Positions 1 to 7,438 of a stretch of DNA of 11,123 nt are shown here, one piece after another. This DNA is from Candidatus Micrarchaeia archaeon (GTDB lineage Archaea > Micrarchaeota > Micrarchaeia > Anstonellales > J096): positions 1 through 11,123 of the forward strand of contig JBGQMB010000028.1 of assembly GCA_041500405.1 (NCBI GenBank), read 5' to 3'. Position 1 is the first letter of the stretch. Each line of letters begins with the position of its first letter. The notes under the pieces are model-generated. The model saw only the letters and a program-made list of their open reading frames with translations. It did no database searches and was not told where the DNA came from. The position numbers and the translations under genes are program-made.

Positions 1-144
1 TGTTTTGGCAGCATCCAATAGCATGCCATTGAGCTGTTTCTGCTTTTCCTCTGATAATGCCCTTTTTCCGCTCTTTATAATATCAGCTTTGAGATTAGCT
101 GGCTTCTTTGCCGGCACATTGCCTTGGAGCTTCTTTTCCTGCAT
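1..144 (-). CDS. 5' part of a gene running off the left edge; possibly an ankyrin-repeat protein
   Basis: Manual translation from ATG at 144: MQEKKLQGNVPAKKPANLKADIIKSGKRALSEEKQKQLNGMLLDAAKT, open to position 1. A TATA-like TTTTTAA lies 23 nt upstream of the ATG. 'QLNGMLLDAAKT' resembles the LxxxLLxAAxxG N-cap of ankyrin arrays (inference). Confidence 0.6.
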   Translation of the reverse strand, partial: MQEKKLQGNVPAKKPANLKADIIKSGKRALSEEKQKQLNGMLLDAAKT

Positions 145-167
145 GGCTTTATTGTGCGGCAAAGGTG

Positions 168-174
168 TTAAAAA
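168..174 (-). promoter_or_regulatory. Putative archaeal TATA box for a leaderless transcript of the 1..144 gene
   Basis: Minus strand reads TTTTTAA, then 23 nt, then ATG. There is no SD motif, and the spacing fits an archaeal leaderless mRNA. Confidence 0.5.
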
Positions 175-194
175 TGGAGCCTGCAGCGCCTAAA

Positions 195-309
195 CGCTTT
201 CTTTTGAACCCAAAAGGCCATTCTTTTGCGAAAGAAAGCCTTTGGGGAAAGAAGCGAAACCGTCGGTTTTTCCCTGGGCTTTTTCTGAAAAAGCCCAAAA
301 GAAAAGGGA
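195..309. repeat. Cluster of inverted repeats/hairpins in the divergent intergenic region
   Basis: Nested imperfect hairpin 195-256 (CGCTTTCTTT/AAAGAAGCG; CCCAAAAGGC/GCCTTTGGG; TTCTTT-TGCG-AAAGAA). Perfect palindrome AAACCG-T-CGGTTT at 257-269. Perfect 11-bp palindrome TGGGCTTTTTC-T-GAAAAAGCCCA at 275-297. Confidence 0.8.
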
Positions 310-310
310 C

Positions 311-345
311 TTTTTAAAACGTTGCGGCTGAAAGCCCCTTAGGTG
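311..345 (+). promoter_or_regulatory. Putative TATA box (311-319) and SD (AGGTG, 341-345) for the KaiC-like/ileS transcript
   Basis: TTTTTAAAA is preceded by a purine-rich BRE-like GAAAAGGGA. AGGTG ends 7 nt before ATG 353. Confidence 0.55.
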
Positions 346-352
346 TCTTCAT

Positions 353-1042
353 ATGGAAAAGCTAAGGACTGGAATAAGCGGACTAGACGAGATGCTCAAC
401 GGCGGAATACCGAAAAAGAGGCACATAGCGGTCTTCGGCGGACCGGGGACAGGAAAGACATCCTTGGCGTTCGAATACCTCTACCACGGGGCAAAGGAGG
501 AGGGCCAAAATGGCCTTTACCTGACGCTTGAGGAAAGCCCTGAGGATATCATAGAGAACATGAAGAACCAATTCAGCGCGTTCACGGACGTTGACGAGCT
601 GATAAAGAAGAAAAAGCTGTTTTTCGAGACTCCGGAGAACTTCACCGTTGAGTCAATACTTGAGGCGCTTGAGGAGAAGATAGTCAAGAACGACGTTGAA
701 AGGGCGGTCATCGACTCTTCCACGATGCTCAAGGCGATGTTCGAGAAGGAGAGCGAGTATAGGAGGACTATGCTGGAGATGTTCAACCTGCTCAAGAAGC
801 TGGAATGCACTGTTCTTGTGCTTGTTGAGGCGGACACGTCGGAAAAGGAGAAAATAACGTTCAGCATAGAGCATTACATCCTGGACGGCATTTTTAACAT
901 TTACAACCTGGACAAGGGGGACAGGAGGATAAGGGCGCTCGAGATATTCAAAATGAGGGGCACCGACCACTCAAGGGAGCTTGTGCCGTTCAAGGTCACG
1001 CCAAACGGCATAAAGGTATACACCGGGGAGAAAGTGTTCTAG
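353..1042 (+). CDS. Single-domain KaiC-like (RecA/RAD55 superfamily) ATPase, 229 aa
   Basis: N-terminal TGISGLDEMLNGGIP, Walker A GGPGTGKT, LTLEESP (KaiC EE motif), Walker B AVIDS, and C-terminal RALEIFKMRGT...FKVTPNGI, all typical of archaeal KaiC-like proteins. Confidence 0.93.
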   Translation: MEKLRTGISGLDEMLNGGIPKKRHIAVFGGPGTGKTSLAFEYLYHGAKEEGQNGLYLTLEESPEDIIENMKNQFSAFTDVDELIKKKKLFFETPENFTVESILEALEEKIVKNDVERAVIDSSTMLKAMFEKESEYRRTMLEMFNLLKKLECTVLVLVEADTSEKEKITFSIEHYILDGIFNIYNLDKGDRRIRALEIFKMRGTDHSRELVPFKVTPNGIKVYTGEKVF

Positions 1043-1052
1043 GTGCAGGATA

Positions 1053-3878
1053 ATGTATGATTTCAAGGCATTAGAGCACAGTATAGCGTCATTCTGGGAA
1101 AAAGAGGGCATTTACCGCAAAGTGAAAAAGATGAGGGCGGACGGCCCGAAGTTCTATTTTGTGGATGGCCCGCCTTACGCAACCGGCGAGATACACGTCG
1201 GAACAGTCTGGAACAAGTCCATAAAGGACTGCATGATAAGGTACCTGCGCGGAAGGGGATATGACGTAAGGGACCAGCCGGGGTTCGACACGCACGGCCT
1301 GCCGATAGAGGTCAAGGTGGAAAAGCTTCTTGAGATAAAGAACAAGAACGAGATAGAAAAAGCGGGGATAGAAAGGTTCATCAAGGAGTGCAAGGGGTTT
1401 GCGGACAAGTACATCGGCGTAATAAAAGGCCAATTCAGCCTTTTCGGCATATGGATGGACTGGGAAAATCCCTACATAACGTACAAGGACGACTACATAG
1501 AAAAGACGTGGGAGACATTGAAAAAGGCGCACGAGCAGGGGCTTATGCACCGCGGGAAATACGTGATTCCGTACTGCTTCAGGTGCGGTACAACGCTTGC
1601 GAACTACGAGCTGGAATACGGCGACGCCCCGGACCCTAGCATATTCGTGAAATTCAAGGTAAAGGGAAAGGAAAACGAGTATCTGATAATTTGGACAACT
1701 ACGCCCTGGACCCTTGTGGCGAACATGGCAATCATGGCGCATCCGGAATATGACTACGTCAAGGTTGAGACGGAAGGGGAGATTTGGATACTCGCAAAGG
1801 AAAGGCTTGAGGCGCTCTCAGCCGCGACAAAGAGGAATTTCATAGTCAAGGAAACGCTAAAGGGCAAGGACCTGAAGGGAATGGGATATGAGCACCCGTT
1901 CCAGGACCTAATTGAAAAACAATATGAAAGGGCTGTTGTGCTCAACGACAGGTTTGTGACGCTTGAGGAAGGCTCAGGACTTGTGCACACTGCGCCGGGG
2001 CACGGGCCCGAGGACTTCCAGGTGGGAAAGCAGTACGGCATAGAGATATTCTGCCCTGTCGGAGCCGACGGATGCTACACCGAAGAGGCGGGAAAGCACT
2101 TCGGGGGAATGCATGTCAGGAAGGCCAACGACGAAATACTTAAGATACTTGAGCAAAGGGGCGCGCTCCTCAGCAACGAAAAGATAAGCCACAGGGTGGC
2201 GCATTGCTGGAGATGCAAGACCAACCTTATTTACATAGCCACTGACCAGTGGTTCATCAACATAACGGAATTGAAGCCCAAGATGAAAGAGGAGGCGGAA
2301 AAGGTGAAATGGATCCCTGATTCCGCAAAGGAGAGGTTCATGCTGTTCCTGGAAGGGGCGCCCGACTGGTGCATATCAAGGCAACGGTACTGGGGCATAC
2401 CGCTTCCGATATGGGTTTGCAAAAACAATCACATCAAGGTCATAGGCTCGAAGAAGGAGCTTGGCGAGGAGGTCAAAGAGCTTCACAGGCCGTATGTCGA
2501 CAAAGTGAAGATGAAGTGCCCGGAATGCAAGGAAGAGATGGAAAGGATAAAGGACGTGCTGGACGTCTGGTTTGACTCCGGAAACGCGGTCTGGGCATCC
2601 TTAAGCGAAGCTGACGAAAAAAGGTACGGCAACGTCGGCGACCTGATAATAGAGGGGCACGACCAGATAAGGGGATGGTTTTATTCCCTGCTCGGCTCCG
2701 GCCTTGTCAGGTACGGAAAATCGCCGTACAGGTCGCTCATGATGCACGGCTTCTTCCTGGACGAGAAAGGGGAGAAGATGAGCAAGAGCGTTGGCAACTT
2801 CATAGCCGTTGACGAGGTGAAGGCAAAGTACGGGGCGGACGCGTTCCGCCTGTTTGTGCTTTCAGGCACTTTCTGGGACGACCTGGTTTTCACATGGGAG
2901 AACGTAAGGGAGGCATACGCTGACTTGGACATACTCATAAACCTCACAAAATACGCAAAAATGTCATATTCCGAAATGAAGGTTGAGAGCCTTGAGCCTG
3001 AAGACAGGTGGATGCTGTCGCGGGTCAACACGACGCTGTCGCAGTACCACACAGCATTCGGGGACAGGAAGCCGAACGATGCTGCGAAGGCGCTGAGGAG
3101 GCTTCTTGTTGAAGACCTTAGCCAGTTTTACATGAAGATAGCAAAAGACAGGATTTCAAAGGGCGAGAACGCGGCAGCCGCCATTCACGCGATTTATTAC
3201 AGCCTTTTCAGCATAGTGAAGATGCTTGCGCCGATATCCCCTTTTGTTGCGGAACACGCATACCAGGAGTTCTTCAGGGCAAGGGAAAATGTGGAAAGCG
3301 TGCACATGTGCTTCATAGACAACGACGACCATTCCAAGATAGACGTCACGCTTGAGGAGGCGATGGAAATAGCGAAAGCCGTGATATCCGCTTCGCTCAA
3401 GCTAAGGAATGACATCGGCATAAACGTGAGATGGCCGCTTGCGAAAGTGATCATAACAGGAAATGACGAGAAAACGACAACCTCAATGAAATACCTTGGA
3501 AACATAATCAAGAGGATGGCAAACGCCAAGGACATCGTGCTTGCGCAGGAAGTGAAGGAAGACTGCGCATCGGAGCAGACGCCCTACGGCACTGTCCATC
3601 TGCCAAAGGCGGTTGACCCGGAGCTGAAGGCAGAGGGCCTTGCGAACGAGGTCATGAGAAGGATACAGCAGATGAGAAAGGAGCTTAAGCTTGTTGAAAA
3701 GCAGGCAATAGACACTAAAATAGAGGGGGACGGCGAGACAAAGGAGGCTGTCGGAAAGTTCCTTGAAAGGATAAGGGGAAAGACCAATTCCAAGGCCGTG
3801 GAAATGGGGGATGCCAAGGGCGGCAAGGAATGGAAGATAGGGGACAAGACAGTAAAAATAAGCATTAAGGTAATCTAG
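1053..3878 (+). CDS. ileS: Isoleucine--tRNA ligase, archaeal/eukaryote-like (type 2), 941 aa
   Basis: DGPPYATGEIHVGT (HIGH equivalent), GFDTHGLPIE, editing-domain WTTTPWTL and GSGLVHTAPGHG, DWCISRQRYWGIPLP, EGHDQIRGWF, KMSKS, and C-terminal EGLANEVMRRIQQMRK. Confidence 0.98.
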   Translation: MYDFKALEHSIASFWEKEGIYRKVKKMRADGPKFYFVDGPPYATGEIHVGTVWNKSIKDCMIRYLRGRGYDVRDQPGFDTHGLPIEVKVEKLLEIKNKNEIEKAGIERFIKECKGFADKYIGVIKGQFSLFGIWMDWENPYITYKDDYIEKTWETLKKAHEQGLMHRGKYVIPYCFRCGTTLANYELEYGDAPDPSIFVKFKVKGKENEYLIIWTTTPWTLVANMAIMAHPEYDYVKVETEGEIWILAKERLEALSAATKRNFIVKETLKGKDLKGMGYEHPFQDLIEKQYERAVVLNDRFVTLEEGSGLVHTAPGHGPEDFQVGKQYGIEIFCPVGADGCYTEEAGKHFGGMHVRKANDEILKILEQRGALLSNEKISHRVAHCWRCKTNLIYIATDQWFINITELKPKMKEEAEKVKWIPDSAKERFMLFLEGAPDWCISRQRYWGIPLPIWVCKNNHIKVIGSKKELGEEVKELHRPYVDKVKMKCPECKEEMERIKDVLDVWFDSGNAVWASLSEADEKRYGNVGDLIIEGHDQIRGWFYSLLGSGLVRYGKSPYRSLMMHGFFLDEKGEKMSKSVGNFIAVDEVKAKYGADAFRLFVLSGTFWDDLVFTWENVREAYADLDILINLTKYAKMSYSEMKVESLEPEDRWMLSRVNTTLSQYHTAFGDRKPNDAAKALRRLLVEDLSQFYMKIAKDRISKGENAAAAIHAIYYSLFSIVKMLAPISPFVAEHAYQEFFRARENVESVHMCFIDNDDHSKIDVTLEEAMEIAKAVISASLKLRNDIGINVRWPLAKVIITGNDEKTTTSMKYLGNIIKRMANAKDIVLAQEVKEDCASEQTPYGTVHLPKAVDPELKAEGLANEVMRRIQQMRKELKLVEKQAIDTKIEGDGETKEAVGKFLERIRGKTNSKAVEMGDAKGGKEWKIGDKTVKISIKVI

Positions 3879-3880
3879 GA

Positions 3881-4156
3881 TTACCTGCGCGGGCCGCCAC
3901 GGCCGCGATTGCCATACCTCGGCCTCTCATACCGCTGTTCCTCGAACACTTCCTTCGGGGCAGTGAATGCCCTGTAAACCTTTCTTTTGCCCAGGTCTGT
4001 CCAGCAGTCCTTGCACATGGACATCTTTTTTATGTCCTTCCTGCTGACCTTTTTGCCGGTTTTTGTGCACGTGTGGCACACAAGCCTCCTGCATGAGCTG
4101 CACATCTCAACCTTTGCGGCCTTTTCCCCGCATCTGTCGCATTTTAGCATTGCCAT
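3881..4156 (-). CDS. Small basic zinc-finger protein (4 CxxC pairs) with an Arg/Gly-rich tail, 91 aa
   Basis: CDRC, CSSC, CHTC and CKDC motifs; Lys/Arg-rich; C-terminus RYERPRYGNRGRGGPRR. SD AAGGTG lies 5 nt upstream and a TATA-like TTTTAATA lies further upstream. Confidence 0.85.
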   Translation of the reverse strand: MAMLKCDRCGEKAAKVEMCSSCRRLVCHTCTKTGKKVSRKDIKKMSMCKDCWTDLGKRKVYRAFTAPKEVFEEQRYERPRYGNRGRGGPRR

Positions 4157-4161
4157 TCAAA

Positions 4162-4208
4162 CACCTTAAGTTAAAACTATAGAGGGATTATGGCGCAACT
4201 TATTAAAA
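4162..4208 (-). promoter_or_regulatory. Putative TATA box (4201-4208) and SD (AAGGTG, 4162-4167) of the zinc-finger gene
   Basis: Minus strand: ...CCCTTTTAATAAG...CTTAAGGTGTTTGA-ATG. Confidence 0.5.
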
Positions 4209-4226
4209 GGGCGCTGTTGGCGCATT

Positions 4227-4577
4227 TCAGGAGGTTTGATGGTGGGCATGATAAGGCACATAATAGGAATAAACGGCAGCTGAAACCGAGTCCAGCATGG
4301 CTATTGCCGCGAACCCCGCCACCATGATCGCCCCTGACGGGGAGGAGAACAGGAACAATGCCAAAAATGCCGGATAGACGAACTTGCCAAGGATATATTC
4401 GCCCAGCTTCCTGCTTTCCATGCTCTGGAGCCAGCCCTTCATCAGGCCTATCCCGAAATAGGCGGCCATCAAAAGCACGATTGCGGCAACAAATGCCGGA
4501 ACCGGCACAAACAGGATGAGCATGAAGCAGAGGAACTCCAGGACGCCCAGCACAAATGAATAAATCGCGTTAGCCAT
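4227..4577 (-). CDS. Hypothetical integral membrane protein (~4 TM), 116 aa
   Basis: Strongly hydrophobic segments; start overlaps the enolase stop by 8 nt (GATGGCTAA); fills the gap to the next promoter. Confidence 0.8.
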   Translation of the reverse strand: MANAIYSFVLGVLEFLCFMLILFVPVPAFVAAIVLLMAAYFGIGLMKGWLQSMESRKLGEYILGKFVYPAFLALFLFSSPSGAIMVAGFAAIAMLDSVSAAVYSYYVPYHAHHQTS

Positions 4578-5790
4578 CCAGCATCTCCCCTATCCTCAGA
4601 AGCCTGTTGTACTTTGATACGCGCTCCCCCCTTGCAGGCGCGCCCGCCTTTATGTATTCCGAGTTTATGCCCACTGCGAAATCCGCAATGAACGTGTCCT
4701 CGGTCTCGCCTGACCTGTGGCTCACAGCTGTCTTCCATCCCTTTGAATGGGCAAGCGCCGCCGCTTCCTTGGCCTCGGTGACAGTGCCGATCTGGTTTAT
4801 CTTGACAAGAAGCGCGTTTGCGCTCTTGTTGCTTATGCCATTCTCTATCCGCTTGACGTTGGTCGTGAAAAGGTCGTCGCCAACTACCATGATCTTGCTT
4901 CCCGCCTTTTTGGTCAATGCCGCAAAGGACGCGAAATCATCCTCAAAAAACGGGTCCTCGATGCTCAGTATCGGATAGGACGAGAAAAGCCCTGAATAGA
5001 AGTCCAGGAGCTGTCCCGGGGAAAGCCTTTTTCCGTCTATGGCGTATGCGCCGTCCTTGAAGAACTCCGATGCCGCGCAGTCCATGCCGACCATCACCTT
5101 TTTGGAGTATCCCGCCCTGTCTATTGAATCCGTGATTATGCCAAGCGCCTCTTTCGTTTCCTTGAACGCTGGCGCAAACCCGCCCTCGTCCCCGACGTTT
5201 ATGGCCTGTTTTCCGTATTTTGCCTTGAGCGTTGCCTTAAGCACCGCATAAATCTCTGAAAGCGCCTGCATCCTGTCCCTGAATTTTTTGATTCCGCTTG
5301 GGATTGCCATGAACTCCTGTATCGCCAGCTCGTTGCCTGCGTGCTTTCCCCCGTTTATTATGTTTGACATGGGGATTGGCATTATGTTCCCGCCGTATGA
5401 CTGGAAAATCTCCGTTCCCATGTCAAGCGCATAGGCCTTTGCGAACGCTATGGAAACCGCCGTTGTCGCGTTTGCGCCGAGCCTTGACTTGTTTTCAGTT
5501 CCGTCCAAATCAATGAGCATCCTGTCCATTATGGACGGGTCGTTTATCTGCTTTCCAACGAAGAATTCTTTTATCTCGTTGTTCACGCTTGACAATGCCT
5601 TTTCAACGCCCTTTCCGGCGAATTTCTTTCCGCCGTCGCGCATCTCGAGCGCCTCGAAGGTGCCTGTGGAGGCGCCTGACGGCGCTGCACCAAGGACTTT
5701 GCCTTTTTCAGTTTTGATTTCGGCCTCCACGGTCGGCACCGCCCTTGAGTCCAGAATCCACCTTGCCTTTATGTCAAGAATTTTTCCCAT
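4570..5790 (-). CDS. eno: Enolase (phosphopyruvate hydratase), 406 aa
   Basis: PSGASTG, NGGKHAG, QEFM, GDEGGFAP, DCAASEF, SIEDPF, GDDL, LVKINQIGT, SHRSGETED and ARGERVSKYNRLLRI motifs are all present. Confidence 0.98.
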   Translation of the reverse strand: MGKILDIKARWILDSRAVPTVEAEIKTEKGKVLGAAPSGASTGTFEALEMRDGGKKFAGKGVEKALSSVNNEIKEFFVGKQINDPSIMDRMLIDLDGTENKSRLGANATTAVSIAFAKAYALDMGTEIFQSYGGNIMPIPMSNIINGGKHAGNELAIQEFMAIPSGIKKFRDRMQALSEIYAVLKATLKAKYGKQAINVGDEGGFAPAFKETKEALGIITDSIDRAGYSKKVMVGMDCAASEFFKDGAYAIDGKRLSPGQLLDFYSGLFSSYPILSIEDPFFEDDFASFAALTKKAGSKIMVVGDDLFTTNVKRIENGISNKSANALLVKINQIGTVTEAKEAAALAHSKGWKTAVSHRSGETEDTFIADFAVGINSEYIKAGAPARGERVSKYNRLLRIGEMLDG

Positions 5791-5794
5791 TGAA

Positions 5795-6343
5795 TCATCC
5801 TTTTGCGAAAAGGAGCAGGTTCCTGAGCCTCTGCTCCAAATCCTCCATCTTTCCGTTGTTGCTGATTATTGCGTCTGCTGAGGCTATGGCCTTGTCCATC
5901 CCAAGATTGGAGCTTTCGCTGTCCTCCTTTTTCACGAACTCCTCAAAGGTCCTTGAGTCCCATTTTTCCGCCCTTGTCTTTATGCGCTCGAAGCGCACCT
6001 TTGCGTCGGCGTCAATGGCAATGAACAGCGCGGGGCAATGCTTCCTGAACTCCGCAACCTCGTCCGGATGGCGTATCCCGCATATGAGCATGAGCTTGTC
6101 CTTAATCTTTTGCTTTTTTATCTTTGCAAGCATGAGCTTCGCGACTATGGCAAAGTCCCCGCCCTTGCGCAGGCCCTCCGCATACTTTATTATGTTGTCG
6201 TGCGTGAGCCCGATGCCCTCGCTTTGCATTTTCTCGTAAACCGGCTCGTGCATTTCCAGGAAGCGGATGCCCATCTCAGACGCTATTTTTGTGGCGATGG
6301 ACTTTCCGGAGCCCTTCTTTCCGGTCACGCACAGAAATTTCAT
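5795..6343 (-). CDS. P-loop NMP-kinase-like protein, archaeal 'dephospho-CoA kinase-like' (COG0237/UPF0200-type) family, 182 aa
   Basis: N-terminal Walker A TGKKGSGKS, GIRHPDEV, lid region RFERIKTR, and C-terminal ADAIISNNGKMEDL. SD-like GAGGT overlaps the tyrS stop. Confidence 0.85.
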   Translation of the reverse strand: MKFLCVTGKKGSGKSIATKIASEMGIRFLEMHEPVYEKMQSEGIGLTHDNIIKYAEGLRKGGDFAIVAKLMLAKIKKQKIKDKLMLICGIRHPDEVAEFRKHCPALFIAIDADAKVRFERIKTRAEKWDSRTFEEFVKKEDSESSNLGMDKAIASADAIISNNGKMEDLEQRLRNLLLFAKG

Positions 6344-6347
6344 TGGA

Positions 6348-7397
6348 TTACCTCGTTATGCTGCCTGCCTTGAGCTGTTCCACAAAATCCGGATGCTTGG
6401 CAAAATACTCCCTGCTTGGCTTGAGCATCTTCGCAAGCTCGGCTGCAACGCCGTTCTTGAGGTCAAGCGGGAATATCGCGCCCTGCTTGTACATCTTCTC
6501 TATCTCCGGAAGCGTGCCCTGTATGTCCCCGCCGTACTTTGCAGGCCTCTCTATCTTGATTATGGAGGCGTCGTCCCTCAATATTATATATTTTAATATC
6601 TCGAAAACCGGGTTGCCTTCCGTCTCCTTCTGCGGGCAGACCGCTGCCTTCATCTTCCGCATGATTTCGTCCTCGCTGTCGTTTATGAATATGGCGGTGT
6701 CGGGCCTTGACTTGCTCATCTTCGCGTCCTCGGGGTTCATCCTGCCCTCGCTCTTGAGAGACGGAAGCAGGTGCATGTGGACTGCGACCGGCTTTTGCCT
6801 TCCGAGCTTCTCCGCAACGTCTATTGCCAGCATGTGGACCTTTCTCTGGTCCATGCCCGCGTGCATTATGTCAACGTCCAAATGGAATATGTCTGCCGCC
6901 TGCATGAGCGGATAGACCACGAACGAGGCAGGGGATTCGTCGCTCTCTTTCCTGCCCATGATGGTCATCGCCCTTTTTACCCTGCTCAGGGTGGCCTCGT
7001 TCCCGACCTTCAAAACAGTTCCCCAGTAATCCTGGTTGTAAACGTCGCTTGCCATGACATAATCCACTTTGGATTCGTCAAGGCCCATGCTTATGAACGC
7101 GTGCTTGAAGTAGCCGTTGGCTACCTTCCTTATGAGCTCAACGTCGCCTCCGAGCTTGTTGTTTATGACAGAATGATAGTCCGCAAGCCAAATCATGGGC
7201 TTTATGCCGGCCTCAATGAAATCGTGTATCTTCAGCGCAGCCGCAAGGCCGCCAAGGTGCAGGAACCCGGAAATCTCGTAGCCTATGTAATGACGGATTT
7301 CCTTCTTTGCCTCGAACATCTCCCTTAGCCTTTCGACGGTCACGACCTCCTCGGTGGGCCTTTTCATGACCAGTGCGATGCGCTTGTCAACGTCCAT
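6348..7397 (-). CDS. tyrS: Tyrosine--tRNA ligase, archaeal type, 349 aa (start reassigned to ATG 7397)
   Basis: YIGYEISGFLHLGG (HIGH), ADYHS, YPLMQAADIF, GMDQRKVHML and KMSKS. MDVDKRIALV..PTEEVVT matches the usual archaeal N-terminus, and a TATA box lies 22 nt upstream. Confidence 0.96.
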   Translation of the reverse strand: MDVDKRIALVMKRPTEEVVTVERLREMFEAKKEIRHYIGYEISGFLHLGGLAAALKIHDFIEAGIKPMIWLADYHSVINNKLGGDVELIRKVANGYFKHAFISMGLDESKVDYVMASDVYNQDYWGTVLKVGNEATLSRVKRAMTIMGRKESDESPASFVVYPLMQAADIFHLDVDIMHAGMDQRKVHMLAIDVAEKLGRQKPVAVHMHLLPSLKSEGRMNPEDAKMSKSRPDTAIFINDSEDEIMRKMKAAVCPQKETEGNPVFEILKYIILRDDASIIKIERPAKYGGDIQGTLPEIEKMYKQGAIFPLDLKNGVAAELAKMLKPSREYFAKHPDFVEQLKAGSITR

Positions 7398-7419
7398 GTT
7401 TAGGGATGGCGGCATAATG

Positions 7420-7426
7420 TTTAAAA
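7420..7426 (-). promoter_or_regulatory. Putative TATA box for a leaderless tyrS operon transcript
   Basis: Minus strand reads TTTTAAA, then 22 nt, then ATG (7397); no SD motif. Confidence 0.55.
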
Positions 7427-7438
7427 GCCCATGCCAGT

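Noticed and set aside
5..317. Plus-strand ORFs 5..193 and 108..317
   Set aside because: The first is antisense to the more plausible minus-strand gene. The second runs through the hairpin cluster and has low-complexity K/F content.
353..1042. Circadian clock locus or RadB
   Set aside because: It is a single domain with no kaiB/kaiA nearby and no ST phospho-site. The EE and KMRG motifs favour KaiC-like over RadB.
4227..4577. FtsB/DivIC by analogy with bacterial eno-ftsB order
   Set aside because: The protein is multi-TM with no coiled coil, unlike single-TM FtsB.
383..7328. Numerous antisense or off-frame ORFs within kaiC-like, ileS, eno, kinase and tyrS
   Set aside because: They lie essentially within confidently identified genes and have no recognisable motifs.
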